From positions 1-64,000 of the IMG/VR virus record IMGVR_UViG_2902759955_000002: a stretch of DNA of 64,000 bases. One strand, given 5' to 3'. The notes beneath the pieces were generated by a model. It worked only from the letters and a program-made list of their open reading frames with translations, searched no databases and had not been told where the DNA came from. The stretch is from a virus (lineage: Duplodnaviria; Caudoviricetes). Below are positions 1 through 10,029 of the stretch, one piece after another (position 1 is the first letter of the stretch; each line of letters starts with the position of its first letter). The position numbers and the translations under genes are program-made.

Positions 1-264
1 TCAGTAGTTCATCGGCTGGGTGATGACGACGTTCCCAGAAACCCACATCTGACGTCGGGTCTTCTTTTCGGTGAACGCAAATCCGCCACCCTGTAACTCC
101 TTGATGGGGCCGATCGTGTCGTACCGCTGACTGTCGCTCTGGAGTGATACCACCACAGTGCCAGTCGCTTGATCGGCAGCTGGAGTGCTCGGTTCAGCTG
201 CGTGCGAGCAACCGAGCATTAGCGCACCAGAAATCGCCACCATCCACGTTTTTAGAATCTTCAT
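1..264 (-). CDS. Small predicted lipoprotein
   Basis: Basic and hydrophobic N-terminus with a lipobox-like LMLG-C; GGAG RBS upstream. Confidence 0.6.
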   Translation of the reverse strand: MKILKTWMVAISGALMLGCSHAAEPSTPAADQATGTVVVSLQSDSQRYDTIGPIKELQGGGFAFTEKKTRRQMWVSGNVVITQPMNY

Positions 265-306
265 CTCTCCGTCCTGTTGAGTAATTTCGAAGTGATTTCT
301 TGCCAG

Positions 307-759
307 TTAAAGCGCCAGCTGGATCGAAGTCTTGAAGTGCCGGATACACACGTCGAACTCGTTCTCAATCCCTGCCTTGAAATCGAGCGTCAGGCTCACG
401 CCGAGTACAAGGTGGACTCGCCATTCGGCAGCGATATGTTCGGGAGCACGCTGCAGCGTCGCGATCTTGTGCTCGATCTCTTTGGCAAACTCCGTCGCGC
501 GTTCTTGGTTATACGTCGTTCGCTCGTAGCCGCTTTCCGTCGATTCAAAGCTCGGAATGCCATCTTCGAGCAGCGCGGCAAGATAGCTCATGAATCGGTC
601 CGACTGCACACCGGTAATCACAAACGCACCGGCGTCGTGATCGAAGGTGACGGTCTCGCTGAAGTCTTCTTCGCGTTTGCTGATGAGCGGCCGGAAGGCA
701 TTCACAATCTGCGCATAGAAGCGCGGGTAGATGACCTCCTTGTTTCGGATATTGCTCAT
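307..759 (-). CDS. Hypothetical protein (~150 aa)
   Basis: Start MSNIRNK overlaps the stop of the upstream gene (ATGA); phage-like codon usage. Confidence 0.65.
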   Translation of the reverse strand: MSNIRNKEVIYPRFYAQIVNAFRPLISKREEDFSETVTFDHDAGAFVITGVQSDRFMSYLAALLEDGIPSFESTESGYERTTYNQERATEFAKEIEHKIATLQRAPEHIAAEWRVHLVLGVSLTLDFKAGIENEFDVCIRHFKTSIQLAL

Positions 760-998
760 TCGCTTTCCCCGATCGAACTCTCTGCATCGTTGAAGAAATG
801 CTCGATCTCGTTCGCCACCCAATCCCAGTAACCCGTAATCGTCGATTGTTCTTCGACGGCCGTGCGCCATGCACTACGCGGATAGTGGGGATGTTCGAAG
901 TCATAGGTCGTGGCGAGCACATAACCCGAGACATGTCGTTCGTGGTCCAACTCTTCGAGCTTCTTGGTTTGTGCTGCAACTTGTTCTTGTGGTGACAT
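756..998 (-). CDS. Small hypothetical protein with EHP..PR..W...GYWDWV motif
   Basis: AAGGAAAGG RBS; coupled to the next gene. Confidence 0.65.
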   Translation of the reverse strand: MSPQEQVAAQTKKLEELDHERHVSGYVLATTYDFEHPHYPRSAWRTAVEEQSTITGYWDWVANEIEHFFNDAESSIGESE

Positions 999-1027
999 GC
1001 CCTTTCCTTTTTCGTTAGTGATGCTTA

Positions 1028-1552
1028 TTAGTTCACTTTGTACCGTTCGATGTCACGCAAGGGGAGGGGACCTACGGGATGCCCTGAACCGAGGCCGGCG
1101 ATCTCGCGCAGGAGGCGTAGGTAGTTCGTGTCGATCTCTTCCACTACACACCACGCGAAGAACGCAGCCGGCCTGATGAGACCGGTCGCGCTATCTGAGT
1201 TACGCCAATCACGCAGGTCCTTTCGGATCTGGTGAATGCGTGCGCCACTGATCGTCACGATGTTCGAGAGTGCGATGTCCTTCGCATCGAATGTGGTTAG
1301 AACGTCGTTGTCGTCCAACCCGTTCTCGGGTGGCACCACGCCATTGATCAGGCAGCAGGCCATCAGGCTCGTCCAGTACGACATGTCCAGGTAAGGCGCC
1401 AACTTGAGGATCTGGCGGGAGGCGCCAACCACCTCGTTGACGCTCGCGCTGGGGAGTTGCGAGTTAAGCGAGCGCAGCTTCTGGTGGGTTAAATCGGGAT
1501 TCAGCACGTCTTTGCACATCTCACACAGTTCATTAAGGGATTGGTTACGCAT
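1028..1552 (-). CDS. Hypothetical protein
   Basis: ORF with GAAGGAA RBS before MRNQSL. Confidence 0.6.
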   Translation of the reverse strand: MRNQSLNELCEMCKDVLNPDLTHQKLRSLNSQLPSASVNEVVGASRQILKLAPYLDMSYWTSLMACCLINGVVPPENGLDDNDVLTTFDAKDIALSNIVTISGARIHQIRKDLRDWRNSDSATGLIRPAAFFAWCVVEEIDTNYLRLLREIAGLGSGHPVGPLPLRDIERYKVN

Positions 1553-1667
1553 GTCGGAATTCCTTCGTTCGGGCATAAACGCGACTAACCGTCTGCGCCC
1601 GAACCCACCCGCAGGGGCAGGTACGAGGCAGAACGTTTAGCAGGGCAGGGGGTAGTGAAGGCTTACA

Positions 1668-3209
1668 TCAGATGCGAGCGTGTACGGTCTGCGTGCCGAA
1701 GGTCAGTGCACGGGTCCGCATGAGCTCAATCTTCCGTTCGTGATACGTCATGTGCTTGGGTTGGTCTTCGTTGACGAAGTAGACCCACTCCGGCGTGCGA
1801 CCATCCTTCATCTTGCGAAGGCGACCGAAGCACTGCAGGTTCGCAACCACGCTCGACACCGCGGTCGTCATGATGTTGAGCGTGAGCTGCGGGATGTCGA
1901 TGGCAGTGCCCGCCGAGATAATCGTGGTGACGCGAATGTCCGCTTCAATCACGTTCTCGAACGGATCTTCCTCGACGTAACGCCGCACGTCCTTTTCGGG
2001 ATAGACCTCTTTCAACCACGCGACGAGCCGCGTGCACAGATCGACCGACGCACAGAAAATGATGCACTTGTCACCCGGCAGATACTTCTTGAGATACTTC
2101 TGCTTCATGACGTCGTTGATCAGTTCCATGTACCCCTGCAGCATGTCGGGATAGTTGATGATCGACTGCTCGAAGAGGTTGTGCGAATAGAACCCTGTCA
2201 TGCGGTCCTCGCACTTGATCAGCTCCGGATCGTTGAACCGATAAAAGAGGGCGGTGACCGCAGCGTACTTATCGTAAGCCGGCCCCAAGTGCTGATCCTT
2301 CTTCGGATACGCGATCTCCTGCATCCGTTTGATGAAGAGGTCTTCTTTCGTCAGCGTGGCCGAGAGCGAGAGGGAGCGCTCACAGTGCGTGTGCAGATCA
2401 ATCAGGAAGTGCCGATGAAATTCTTCGTGCACCTCATCGATCAGTCGAATACCCGCACCGAGCGTGCCCAGCAACTCTTGAGGTCGACAGGCGTAGCCGA
2501 GATCGAGCGACTCATCGCCACGCATCTTGAAAAACTTCATCCAGTCTGCGATCAACTCGCTACTGATCAGGATGATCTTGCTCGTGATAAGATCCTCGAC
2601 CCCCATCTCAAGGAGTGCACGCAAATGCACACCCTTGCGGATCATCATCAGGTCCTCGATGGCGATGTCGTAGACCTCCCGGATTTCATCACGCCATTTG
2701 TCGAGATACTTCGGTGCCACCATGATGCAGGGACGCAGGCCGAGGCGACTCACGCCAATTAAGGACGTCACGCCTTTCCCCTTCCCCGTCTGGAAGTCAA
2801 TGAGCTTCGAGACGGGGAAGGGTTGCATCACGTACTCAATCCCTTTCTCCTGATAGTCGTAGAGTTCCCGCTCCTCGGTCCACATCTTGGAGATCGGAAG
2901 CTCAACGCGAACAGGTTCCGGCACCGGAACGTGCTCGACTTCTACCAGCGAGCCTTTGAGCTGGTAATAGCCAAGTTCTTCCTGGAACTGCCTGAGCGTG
3001 TTGATGTGAAAACGGTATTCCCCCGTGTTGTCGCAGTACGTCGCGAAAACGGGAGGGGCTTTCTGTGGCTTCTTCGCATACGGAGAAGGCTTTCGTGTGA
3101 GCGGTGCCACAAACTGCCTGGCGAACGCCGTGACCGCGGGACGACCGCGGGGCGTCACCCGACTCACACTGAAATGATGAGTGTGTATTCGGATTAAAAG
3201 CTCAGCCAT
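1668..3209 (-). CDS. Superfamily 2 (DExH) helicase, phiKZ gp75-like
   Basis: Motif I QTGKGKG, motif II DEVH, motif III SAT, motif VI QCFGRLR; lies next to the RNAP genes. Confidence 0.9.
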   Translation of the reverse strand: MAELLIRIHTHHFSVSRVTPRGRPAVTAFARQFVAPLTRKPSPYAKKPQKAPPVFATYCDNTGEYRFHINTLRQFQEELGYYQLKGSLVEVEHVPVPEPVRVELPISKMWTEERELYDYQEKGIEYVMQPFPVSKLIDFQTGKGKGVTSLIGVSRLGLRPCIMVAPKYLDKWRDEIREVYDIAIEDLMMIRKGVHLRALLEMGVEDLITSKIILISSELIADWMKFFKMRGDESLDLGYACRPQELLGTLGAGIRLIDEVHEEFHRHFLIDLHTHCERSLSLSATLTKEDLFIKRMQEIAYPKKDQHLGPAYDKYAAVTALFYRFNDPELIKCEDRMTGFYSHNLFEQSIINYPDMLQGYMELINDVMKQKYLKKYLPGDKCIIFCASVDLCTRLVAWLKEVYPEKDVRRYVEEDPFENVIEADIRVTTIISAGTAIDIPQLTLNIMTTAVSSVVANLQCFGRLRKMKDGRTPEWVYFVNEDQPKHMTYHERKIELMRTRALTFGTQTVHARI

Positions 3210-3268
3210 ACGTCACCGGGTCATTAAGAAAAGGGGAGGGGACACCAGGTCGGTGTCCCATTGCATTA

Positions 3269-3373
3269 CTAGCTCAGGGCGAATTGAATCACTCGCCAAA
3301 GCAAGCCGAGGGCAATCACGACGGCGAGAATCACCCGCGGGTCGAGGTCGATGTGTCGTCCTCGATACTTCAT
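3269..3373 (-). CDS. 34-aa single-TM membrane microprotein
   Basis: MKYRGRHIDLDPRVILAVVIALGLLWRVIQFALS; start overlaps the RNAP stop (ATGA). Confidence 0.45.
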   Translation of the reverse strand: MKYRGRHIDLDPRVILAVVIALGLLWRVIQFALS

Positions 3374-5400
3374 CGCCGCATACGATCTTCGTATTCGAAG
3401 ACTTCCCGTGGGACTAGCAAAGCATCGAAGGGATGCGGGATGCGATTCTTGCTGATGTAGCTGATGGGATCCGTGAGCGTTTCGCGGTGGTCTTCGAAGG
3501 CCATCGCCGCAGACAGGGAGCGATGCAGCATCGTCTGCGACATCACGCCCAAGCCCTGATCGGTCCACGGCTTCGGCAACGAGTAATCGCCGCTTTCCGC
3601 CGAGACGATCATCGCCTCGAGCATCACCACGTCGAGCACGGTCAAGTTCACGTCGAGCTTGCTGTTGACCAGATCGTAGAGCTCGATCAGGGCATCGTTG
3701 GGCTTCACGTTCTTGTCGCGCTCTTGCATCATCTTCACGCTCGACTCGAGCATCTTGGCGATGTCGCGTGAGTGATCCGACATGTTGAAGTGTTTGAGCG
3801 GCAGTGCCAGAATCGGCAGCGACCAGTCCCAGTCGGTCATATCGACGACGTAGTTGTTTTCGGAGTTGATCCGATATCCCACGCGCCGGATGTGATGCAA
3901 CAGCGAGTGCGTCATCGACGCCTTACGTCCACTGATCGTCGTGATGACATCGGTGCCGTGCGATTCCCCTTCCTTGCCCACCACGAGACCGATCGCCTCG
4001 ACAGCGGAGAACCGCGTGATGTTCAGGTTGTCGACGGAATCGATTTCATTGACGTCGTTGATGTTCGGCACGGACTCCGCAGCGATGATCAGCTTCACGG
4101 GATTGGCCTTCAGGCGATCTGCCATCAGATAGGAGTTGTCGTCCGACCCGACTCGCAGATACAACTTGTCGCCGTCACTTAGGACGATTGCTTCGATGTT
4201 CGCGGAGCTGTCCAAGTGCTTCACGGACAACACGGCCTGCGACGACTTCTCAGTCAGCAACATGCAACACATGTGACCGATGTTCGTGTAATCCGGCACC
4301 GAGTTCGCCAGCTCACCAAAGCAGGTTGCGCACACGCCGACAGGGTCAGGATGTGCACAGGCCATCACTGACCGAATCTTCAGGCGCTGGTTAATCAGCT
4401 CCTTGCTGCTTCGGCGCACGACCTTGAGCGTGTTCGTCTCCTCATCCAGATAGAACTTGCCGGCCAGTCGTCCGAGATCGGCCTCACGCACCGGGAAGGT
4501 CACGTACTGCTGCGACCCACAATCACCCCGGTGCAAATTCTGCACGTTCATCGACATCAGCTGTAGACGACGGGAGAAATACTCGGCCTGCTGCAACGGC
4601 GACTTCGAGAAGATGAGCGACTTCGCGGCCGAGCGAGATTCGATCAGCGAGTCACGGAAGTTGCGCAGCCCTTCCGTGTAGTTGCGCACGATCGCGTGAT
4701 CAAACACGTTCGAATCGATATCCGTCAGCTTGCCGCGCGCCACGACGCACTGGAGCAACTGATCGAACTTCACGGTCCCGGCCAGTGCGGCGCGCGAGAG
4801 CGGGTTATTCGGGAACTCGGCCGGATCCTTGATGACCTTGCCTGCCTGGGTATAGGCTTCATCGAGCATGCGGTCCGTGACCTTGTCCGCCGCCACCTGT
4901 ACGAGTGGCATCCGTGCTTCGACCACCTTGGGATGATCGAGCATCTGCACGAAGTCGACGACGTCCAGCGACACCACATATTCTTCGGTCTTATACGTCA
5001 GATCGTTGTACATGTGGTTCATGATCTCGTAGGTCATCTTCGCGAGATCATCGAGCGTCACCGCCCGACCATTGCTGTCATTCACGACCAGCAGCGTTGT
5101 GTTTTCATTCGGCAGGCAATACACATCAAATACATCCCACACCACACTGGCCAGAAGTTCCAGATGGGTGTTCGATCCGAGTCGCTTGCCGTTCAGGATC
5201 GTGTCAACGTGATGCTTCTTGAGCAGGGGCGTGTTCGGATAACGGCGATGGAAGTCCCACGCGTAGGACGAGTAGACCGTACCTCTGTGATTCACTTCCA
5301 TTTCGCCATCATCGAAAACCAGAATGAATCGCCCAACGAGCGATCCCCAAAGATCTTCGGTTGTCATGCCCAGCAATGTTCTTGCGGCTATGCGACGCAT
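3370..5400 (-). CDS. Non-virion RNA polymerase beta' subunit, C-terminal part (phiKZ gp74-like)
   Basis: Bridge-helix-like AEYFSRRLQL, DCGS, Zn-binding RSVMAC...VCATCFG, trigger-loop region EKSSQAVLSVKH; CAAGGAAA RBS before MRRIAAR. Confidence 0.9.
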   Translation of the reverse strand: MRRIAARTLLGMTTEDLWGSLVGRFILVFDDGEMEVNHRGTVYSSYAWDFHRRYPNTPLLKKHHVDTILNGKRLGSNTHLELLASVVWDVFDVYCLPNENTTLLVVNDSNGRAVTLDDLAKMTYEIMNHMYNDLTYKTEEYVVSLDVVDFVQMLDHPKVVEARMPLVQVAADKVTDRMLDEAYTQAGKVIKDPAEFPNNPLSRAALAGTVKFDQLLQCVVARGKLTDIDSNVFDHAIVRNYTEGLRNFRDSLIESRSAAKSLIFSKSPLQQAEYFSRRLQLMSMNVQNLHRGDCGSQQYVTFPVREADLGRLAGKFYLDEETNTLKVVRRSSKELINQRLKIRSVMACAHPDPVGVCATCFGELANSVPDYTNIGHMCCMLLTEKSSQAVLSVKHLDSSANIEAIVLSDGDKLYLRVGSDDNSYLMADRLKANPVKLIIAAESVPNINDVNEIDSVDNLNITRFSAVEAIGLVVGKEGESHGTDVITTISGRKASMTHSLLHHIRRVGYRINSENNYVVDMTDWDWSLPILALPLKHFNMSDHSRDIAKMLESSVKMMQERDKNVKPNDALIELYDLVNSKLDVNLTVLDVVMLEAMIVSAESGDYSLPKPWTDQGLGVMSQTMLHRSLSAAMAFEDHRETLTDPISYISKNRIPHPFDALLVPREVFEYEDRMRR

Positions 5401-5468
5401 TGTTTTTTCCTTGTTTGGGTCGTAACGCGCTTCAGGTGAGGGCAACCCGAAGCGCGACAGGACCGGTC

Positions 5469-7718
5469 TTAGTGCAACGTCTCGGACGGCGTCATGATCG
5501 GAACGTGGGTACGGTCCGAGTCCTTCCATGGCGCTTCATACGGCTGGAACACAAATTCAAGCCCTGCACAGGCGAGGATGTGTTTGACGAGTTGCAACGG
5601 TCTGGAGCCACCGAACGGGATGACCGAGCGGTCCACCGCGTTGTAGATATTGGTCGGCTCGTCCGCTTCGAGGATCGCGTCCAGTACCGCCTTGTGCGTG
5701 AGGGGATTGTTGTTACGGTCGATAATCTCGGCCGCAGCACGCTGCCCCACGTACGCTGCAAGAATTCGGAACTCGGCTTCGCCCCATGCGCGAATCGGCT
5801 GAGACCGATAGGGCAGGGAGTGCTTGTCCGCATTCGTCACCTGCGACAACACACCGTAATGCTGCGTCTTGCCCGACGAGGCTGCGGTCCAGTCGTCCGC
5901 GATCTTCTCCAGCAAGATGAAGTAGACGCTGCCGATACGCACTGGCACCTTGGTCGTAATGCGACGGCCCGAGTTGCCGACATAGCTCACCGGTCCGTAG
6001 GTCGACGGATAGTGGCCTTCAAGCATGCGCACGATGTCGGTTGACTCGCGCGGGTTGTGCGTTGGCAGGAACATGTAGATGCCTGTCTTGACCACCTCGG
6101 CCAGATGCTCCGCGTGGGTCTGCATGTACTTGCCGCTGGTGAACCACGAATGCATGATCGGTGAGACGATCTCGTAGTACCCCATCAGGTATTCCCACGC
6201 CTGGTTGAACACCGCACGATTGCTCGCCTCGATTTCCTGCACGTGCTGAAGCGCTTTCTTGTCCCCTTCGGCAAGATTAAAGAGTCCACGGATGACCTTC
6301 GCCACATCACGCGAATGGGCGTTGATGTAATGCTCGTACTTCCGGCCGAGATTCATCCGGGAGACGGTCGAGTTCGGGTCCATCACGATGTCAGCGATGT
6401 TGCCGTCGGCATCCACTGGCATGTGCGAGCGTGGCACCACCTTGCAGATCACGCCCTTACCGCCGTGCGTGTCGGTCAGCTTGAAGCCGATCGTCGGGGT
6501 GACGTCGTACTCGATTGTGAACTCGATACGCCAGTCATCGAGCGGTGCCTTGCGGTGCAGCTTGTAGATGCGTTCCTTCGTTTCCTGGACGACGGACAGG
6601 GCTTCCACAACCAGCCGGTGAAACTCCGGCGTGAGTCGTAACGATTCTTTGCGTTCGCGCTCCAGGCGACGCCATTCGTAGACGATTTCGGAATAGAACT
6701 GGCGCCGTGCCGCGTCATAGCGCTCTGCCTGCGCGTCCATGCCGACCGGCGTCGGTGAGTTGTTCACCTGGTTGTCGTGATGCACCCGGATGTCCACGAT
6801 GCGACCACCAGCGCCATCGGCATAGATCGGCTTGTCGAAGGTGCTGTCCGGCTCCATCAGGTCGTAGATACTCTGCTCGACGATTGCGAGTTCGCGGTCA
6901 TAGCTGCGCGGATCCTTGTCATAGGGGCGCAGCGCCATCAGCAAGCCGTCAGCACGGATCACGTCGCCGATATCGGGAAACGCCTTGAAGGTGTGCTCAT
7001 CCCCATACAGGTTGAGCGGATACGACTTCGTACCGAACTCGACCACGCGCGTCTCGTACTTCTTGAAGCCAAATTCTTTGAGCAGCTCCTGACTGATGAG
7101 GATGCCGTCCTCAGAGGTTGCCGGATGGCTCATGTAGGCCACGTTGACTTCGCGGCCGTACTTATAGCCACCGGTCTCGGTGACTGAAGGCGAGTCGGTC
7201 AGGATCGTGCCTTCCTTCAGGAAGCTTCCCTGACGCACATTCGAAAGGTCCGGCTTGATCTGGTTCTGGAAGCCGAAATACGAGTGATAGGACGTGTGCG
7301 ACGTCACATTGATGCAGCCGATTTCCTTGGTGTGGATGTTTTCGTAAATGATCACGCTGTGCGGGTTGTCCTGCCGGCGCTTGAGCAACGTGTCTTGACC
7401 GAACGTCTCGCGATAGCGATCAATCACCTTGATCACTTCGCAGTCGACCGGGACCTTGGTCTTGAACGTGTAGCGGGCGAAGTCGCGCTCGGTACCCGCC
7501 TGACAGCGCCGCTCGGTTGAGCCATTGATCACCAGACACTGACCGAGGTGCGAGGAGAACATCTGCTTACGCGCGGCCGAATCGTGGCCGTCCCACGGAT
7601 TCAAACTACAGACGTTGAGCAACTCGGCGAACAGCTCGTTCGGCTCTTCACGCAATACGCCGGCACGACGCAGTGCTGAAGTCATAGGCTCACTTCCTAC
7701 ATTCAGACTTTGTTCCAT
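5469..7718 (-). CDS. Non-virion RNA polymerase beta subunit, C-terminal part (phiKZ gp71/73-like)
   Basis: ARKQMFSSHLGQ, G.E.NVAYM...SEDG, GFKLTDTHGGKGVI (GDK..RHG.KG equivalent), ADIVMDPNSTVSRMNLG, RAWGEAE. Confidence 0.92.
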   Translation of the reverse strand: MEQSLNVGSEPMTSALRRAGVLREEPNELFAELLNVCSLNPWDGHDSAARKQMFSSHLGQCLVINGSTERRCQAGTERDFARYTFKTKVPVDCEVIKVIDRYRETFGQDTLLKRRQDNPHSVIIYENIHTKEIGCINVTSHTSYHSYFGFQNQIKPDLSNVRQGSFLKEGTILTDSPSVTETGGYKYGREVNVAYMSHPATSEDGILISQELLKEFGFKKYETRVVEFGTKSYPLNLYGDEHTFKAFPDIGDVIRADGLLMALRPYDKDPRSYDRELAIVEQSIYDLMEPDSTFDKPIYADGAGGRIVDIRVHHDNQVNNSPTPVGMDAQAERYDAARRQFYSEIVYEWRRLERERKESLRLTPEFHRLVVEALSVVQETKERIYKLHRKAPLDDWRIEFTIEYDVTPTIGFKLTDTHGGKGVICKVVPRSHMPVDADGNIADIVMDPNSTVSRMNLGRKYEHYINAHSRDVAKVIRGLFNLAEGDKKALQHVQEIEASNRAVFNQAWEYLMGYYEIVSPIMHSWFTSGKYMQTHAEHLAEVVKTGIYMFLPTHNPRESTDIVRMLEGHYPSTYGPVSYVGNSGRRITTKVPVRIGSVYFILLEKIADDWTAASSGKTQHYGVLSQVTNADKHSLPYRSQPIRAWGEAEFRILAAYVGQRAAAEIIDRNNNPLTHKAVLDAILEADEPTNIYNAVDRSVIPFGGSRPLQLVKHILACAGLEFVFQPYEAPWKDSDRTHVPIMTPSETLH

Positions 7719-7745
7719 CTTGTTGCCTTCCTTGTCGTGAACCGA

Positions 7746-8033
7746 CTATTTGCGGTTGACGTGGGCGCCAGACAGGCTCGAATTGGTTTGTTTGTGCGAT
7801 TGCTGCAGCGAGCTGTCGCTGGCAGCCCGATGTTCGTGGTCGGTCATCTGCTCGTCGAAGCGGATGCGTTTGGCTTGTTTGCGCTGATGCGGATTCAATT
7901 CCGGATCGAAGTTCGGATCGACTGGATGCTCAGCCAGATGCCGGTTGCGTGTGACGGGTTTTGCCTTCGGAAAACTGTCCTTGACCTGAGCGAGATCGCT
8001 CAGACTGCTCAGCTTGATGGGTTTGTTTTGCAT
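7746..8033 (-). CDS. Small early hypothetical protein (95 aa)
   Basis: CAAGGAAA RBS before MQNKPIK; early promoter motif ~55 nt upstream. Confidence 0.6.
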   Translation of the reverse strand: MQNKPIKLSSLSDLAQVKDSFPKAKPVTRNRHLAEHPVDPNFDPELNPHQRKQAKRIRFDEQMTDHEHRAASDSSLQQSHKQTNSSLSGAHVNRK

Positions 8034-8088
8034 GATGCTTTCCTTGTTTGTGCGTCGCTGATACCCACTACTGGTCCGACAACACAGT

Positions 8089-8106
8089 AGTGATATATCA
8101 ATGAAA
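8089..8106 (-). promoter_or_regulatory. Putative early (virion RNAP) promoter
   Basis: Minus strand reads TTTCATTGATATATCACT; resembles the phiKZ early consensus TATATTAC. Confidence 0.7.
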
Positions 8107-8135
8107 CTCTTTTCAATCTCTGTGCTTCCTTGACC

Positions 8136-8513
8136 ATGGCCACCACTACAACCACGACGCTTGCGACCCCACCGATCTTTAATCTGATGGTGGCTACCGG
8201 TCCCACGGACTATTACGACGCGGATTTCCGCCAGGTCCTTGAGGACCACATGACGTATCTGCGTAACGTCAACACCACGACGTTGGTAACCGTGTCGGCC
8301 CAGCAGGTCTGGGAGAATGATCAGGATCTCTTTGGATACCTGCAGACGGTCCTCGTCATGCCGCTGCAGTACCACTGGGTAACGATGCGGTTGAACGACT
8401 ACACGTCTCCCGATCAATTCACGGAAGGCGTCACCCAACTGCTCATCCCGTCGTCGACCACGCTCGAACAACTGCGAAGCGCCTGGAAGACGAGCAGTAC
8501 GAGCAGTTCCTGA
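8136..8513 (+). CDS. Probable virion/baseplate protein (LysM / T4 gp53-like)
   Basis: YHWVTMRLNDYTSPDQF...LLIP resembles baseplate wedge LysM-like proteins; composition matches the tail proteins. Confidence 0.55.
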   Translation: MATTTTTTLATPPIFNLMVATGPTDYYDADFRQVLEDHMTYLRNVNTTTLVTVSAQQVWENDQDLFGYLQTVLVMPLQYHWVTMRLNDYTSPDQFTEGVTQLLIPSSTTLEQLRSAWKTSSTSSS

Positions 8514-8550
8514 TTGGTCAAAAGCAGACAAAGAAAAAAGAAGTCGGGGA

Positions 8551-8588
8551 GGAGGGGAGCACAAGCTCCCCTCTTTTCCTTTTATGCC
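8551..8588. terminator. Terminator between convergent genes
   Basis: GAGGGGAGC-ACAA-GCTCCCCTC followed by TTTTCCTTTATGCC. Confidence 0.75.
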
Positions 8589-8600
8589 GTCAGGTCACAC

Positions 8601-10013
8601 TCAGACCACACGCGAGCGACCATAGCCACCACCGCCTTGCCATCCTTGCTGCTGCGGATAGCTACCGGAGGCTTGCTGTGACCAGCGCGATCCCTGTTGC
8701 TGAACCGGCGCCTGGTACGGCGGCGGACCACCCGCGGCGTAAGCCACAGCCGGACGGGCAGCCATCACGGATGCGAAGTCCAACCCACGGCCGGTGTGGG
8801 CAATCTGTCCCGGTCCTGGACCTTGCTGATGCTGATGTTGTTGGCCGTGTTGCTGGTGATGGGCAGCTGGCTGACCACGGAACATCGACTCCTGATGACG
8901 TCGCGTTGCTTCACGCTCAGCCAGGAAGTTGTCGAGGCCCTGACGATTGCCGATTGCTGGAGATCCGCTCGTGTCGACCGGTCCCGTGGCTACCGGCGTA
9001 GCTACTGCTGCCGGTGCGGCTGCTGCATGGGTCACCACTGTCGGTTCTGCGACCCGTGCCTGCGGATACGACGCGGGCAGTGCAGTGGTCGACGCTGCGG
9101 GGGTTGCGCTCGGTGCTTCGCCGCTTGCCCCTTCGTTGCCTGCCTGCATCGGTACGCTGCGGATTTCCTTCAGCATCACGCCGAGATTGACGAAGGTGTC
9201 CTGCCAGTCGCAATCGATGAAGTACTCGTTGCCCTGATGTTCTTCATCGCCCAGCTGGTTCTCGAACGTGCTCGTGATGTCGTTCAACGGCAGAACGATC
9301 GCGAGTGCGGCTTGCATCAAGGCATCCAGGTTCGGCGCCACATCGGAATCCGAGCCCCGGTTGTAGGACCCTTCAACCTCGATTTGCGGGAACATGAATT
9401 CCATCAGGGCGATCAGGCTTTCCTTGTCCTTCACCCGGCACTTGATGCCCCAGATGTCGCTGCCTTCACGCTTGAGTTCCTGATAGAGCGGGAAGCTCAC
9501 GACGCCGACACGCTTGTGACGCTTGCCGCCAACCGAGCCGGTCTTCTTCAGGAAGATGCCGACTATCCGGCGAGCTGCCTGATCGGCCGGCATCGCGCCA
9601 AGGATCTTCTTGAACAGATCGTAGGTCTTCGCATCCACGGTCTTCACCTTGGACAGGAATTCCGACTGATCGGGCGAGAGCTTCGCGTGCTCGTCCTGCG
9701 AGATCGCAATCGAGAGCAGCTGCGCCATCAGTTCGGCCGCCACCATGTTGAAGCGCAGCATCAGCAAGGAGCGATACTTCTCGAGCACTTCCGATTCGCC
9801 GCGGGTGATGGACTCCGCCAACGGATGAAACAGCACGATCGCTGACTTGTCCGGGTTGGCCAGATGCTCTTGCGTCGGCAACGCCAGACGCTTGCCCTTG
9901 ATCAGCACCGGATGGGCCTGCTTGCCCAACCTGCCCGAGACCAGGTTGTCGCTGGTGACCACCAGGTTCGCGGTGGCCATCAACTGTTTGTATAACGCGA
10001 TTAGTGAAACCAC
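8601..10013 (-). CDS. Conserved chimallivirus core protein (phiKZ gp70-like) with low-complexity A/P- and Q/G-rich C-terminus
   Basis: 470-aa ORF; position between the gp69-like gene and RNAP beta; FHPLAESITRGES motif. Confidence 0.6.
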   Translation of the reverse strand: MVSLIALYKQLMATANLVVTSDNLVSGRLGKQAHPVLIKGKRLALPTQEHLANPDKSAIVLFHPLAESITRGESEVLEKYRSLLMLRFNMVAAELMAQLLSIAISQDEHAKLSPDQSEFLSKVKTVDAKTYDLFKKILGAMPADQAARRIVGIFLKKTGSVGGKRHKRVGVVSFPLYQELKREGSDIWGIKCRVKDKESLIALMEFMFPQIEVEGSYNRGSDSDVAPNLDALMQAALAIVLPLNDITSTFENQLGDEEHQGNEYFIDCDWQDTFVNLGVMLKEIRSVPMQAGNEGASGEAPSATPAASTTALPASYPQARVAEPTVVTHAAAAPAAVATPVATGPVDTSGSPAIGNRQGLDNFLAEREATRRHQESMFRGQPAAHHQQHGQQHQHQQGPGPGQIAHTGRGLDFASVMAARPAVAYAAGGPPPYQAPVQQQGSRWSQQASGSYPQQQGWQGGGGYGRSRVV

Positions 10014-10029
10014 TTTCGTACTCCCTTTT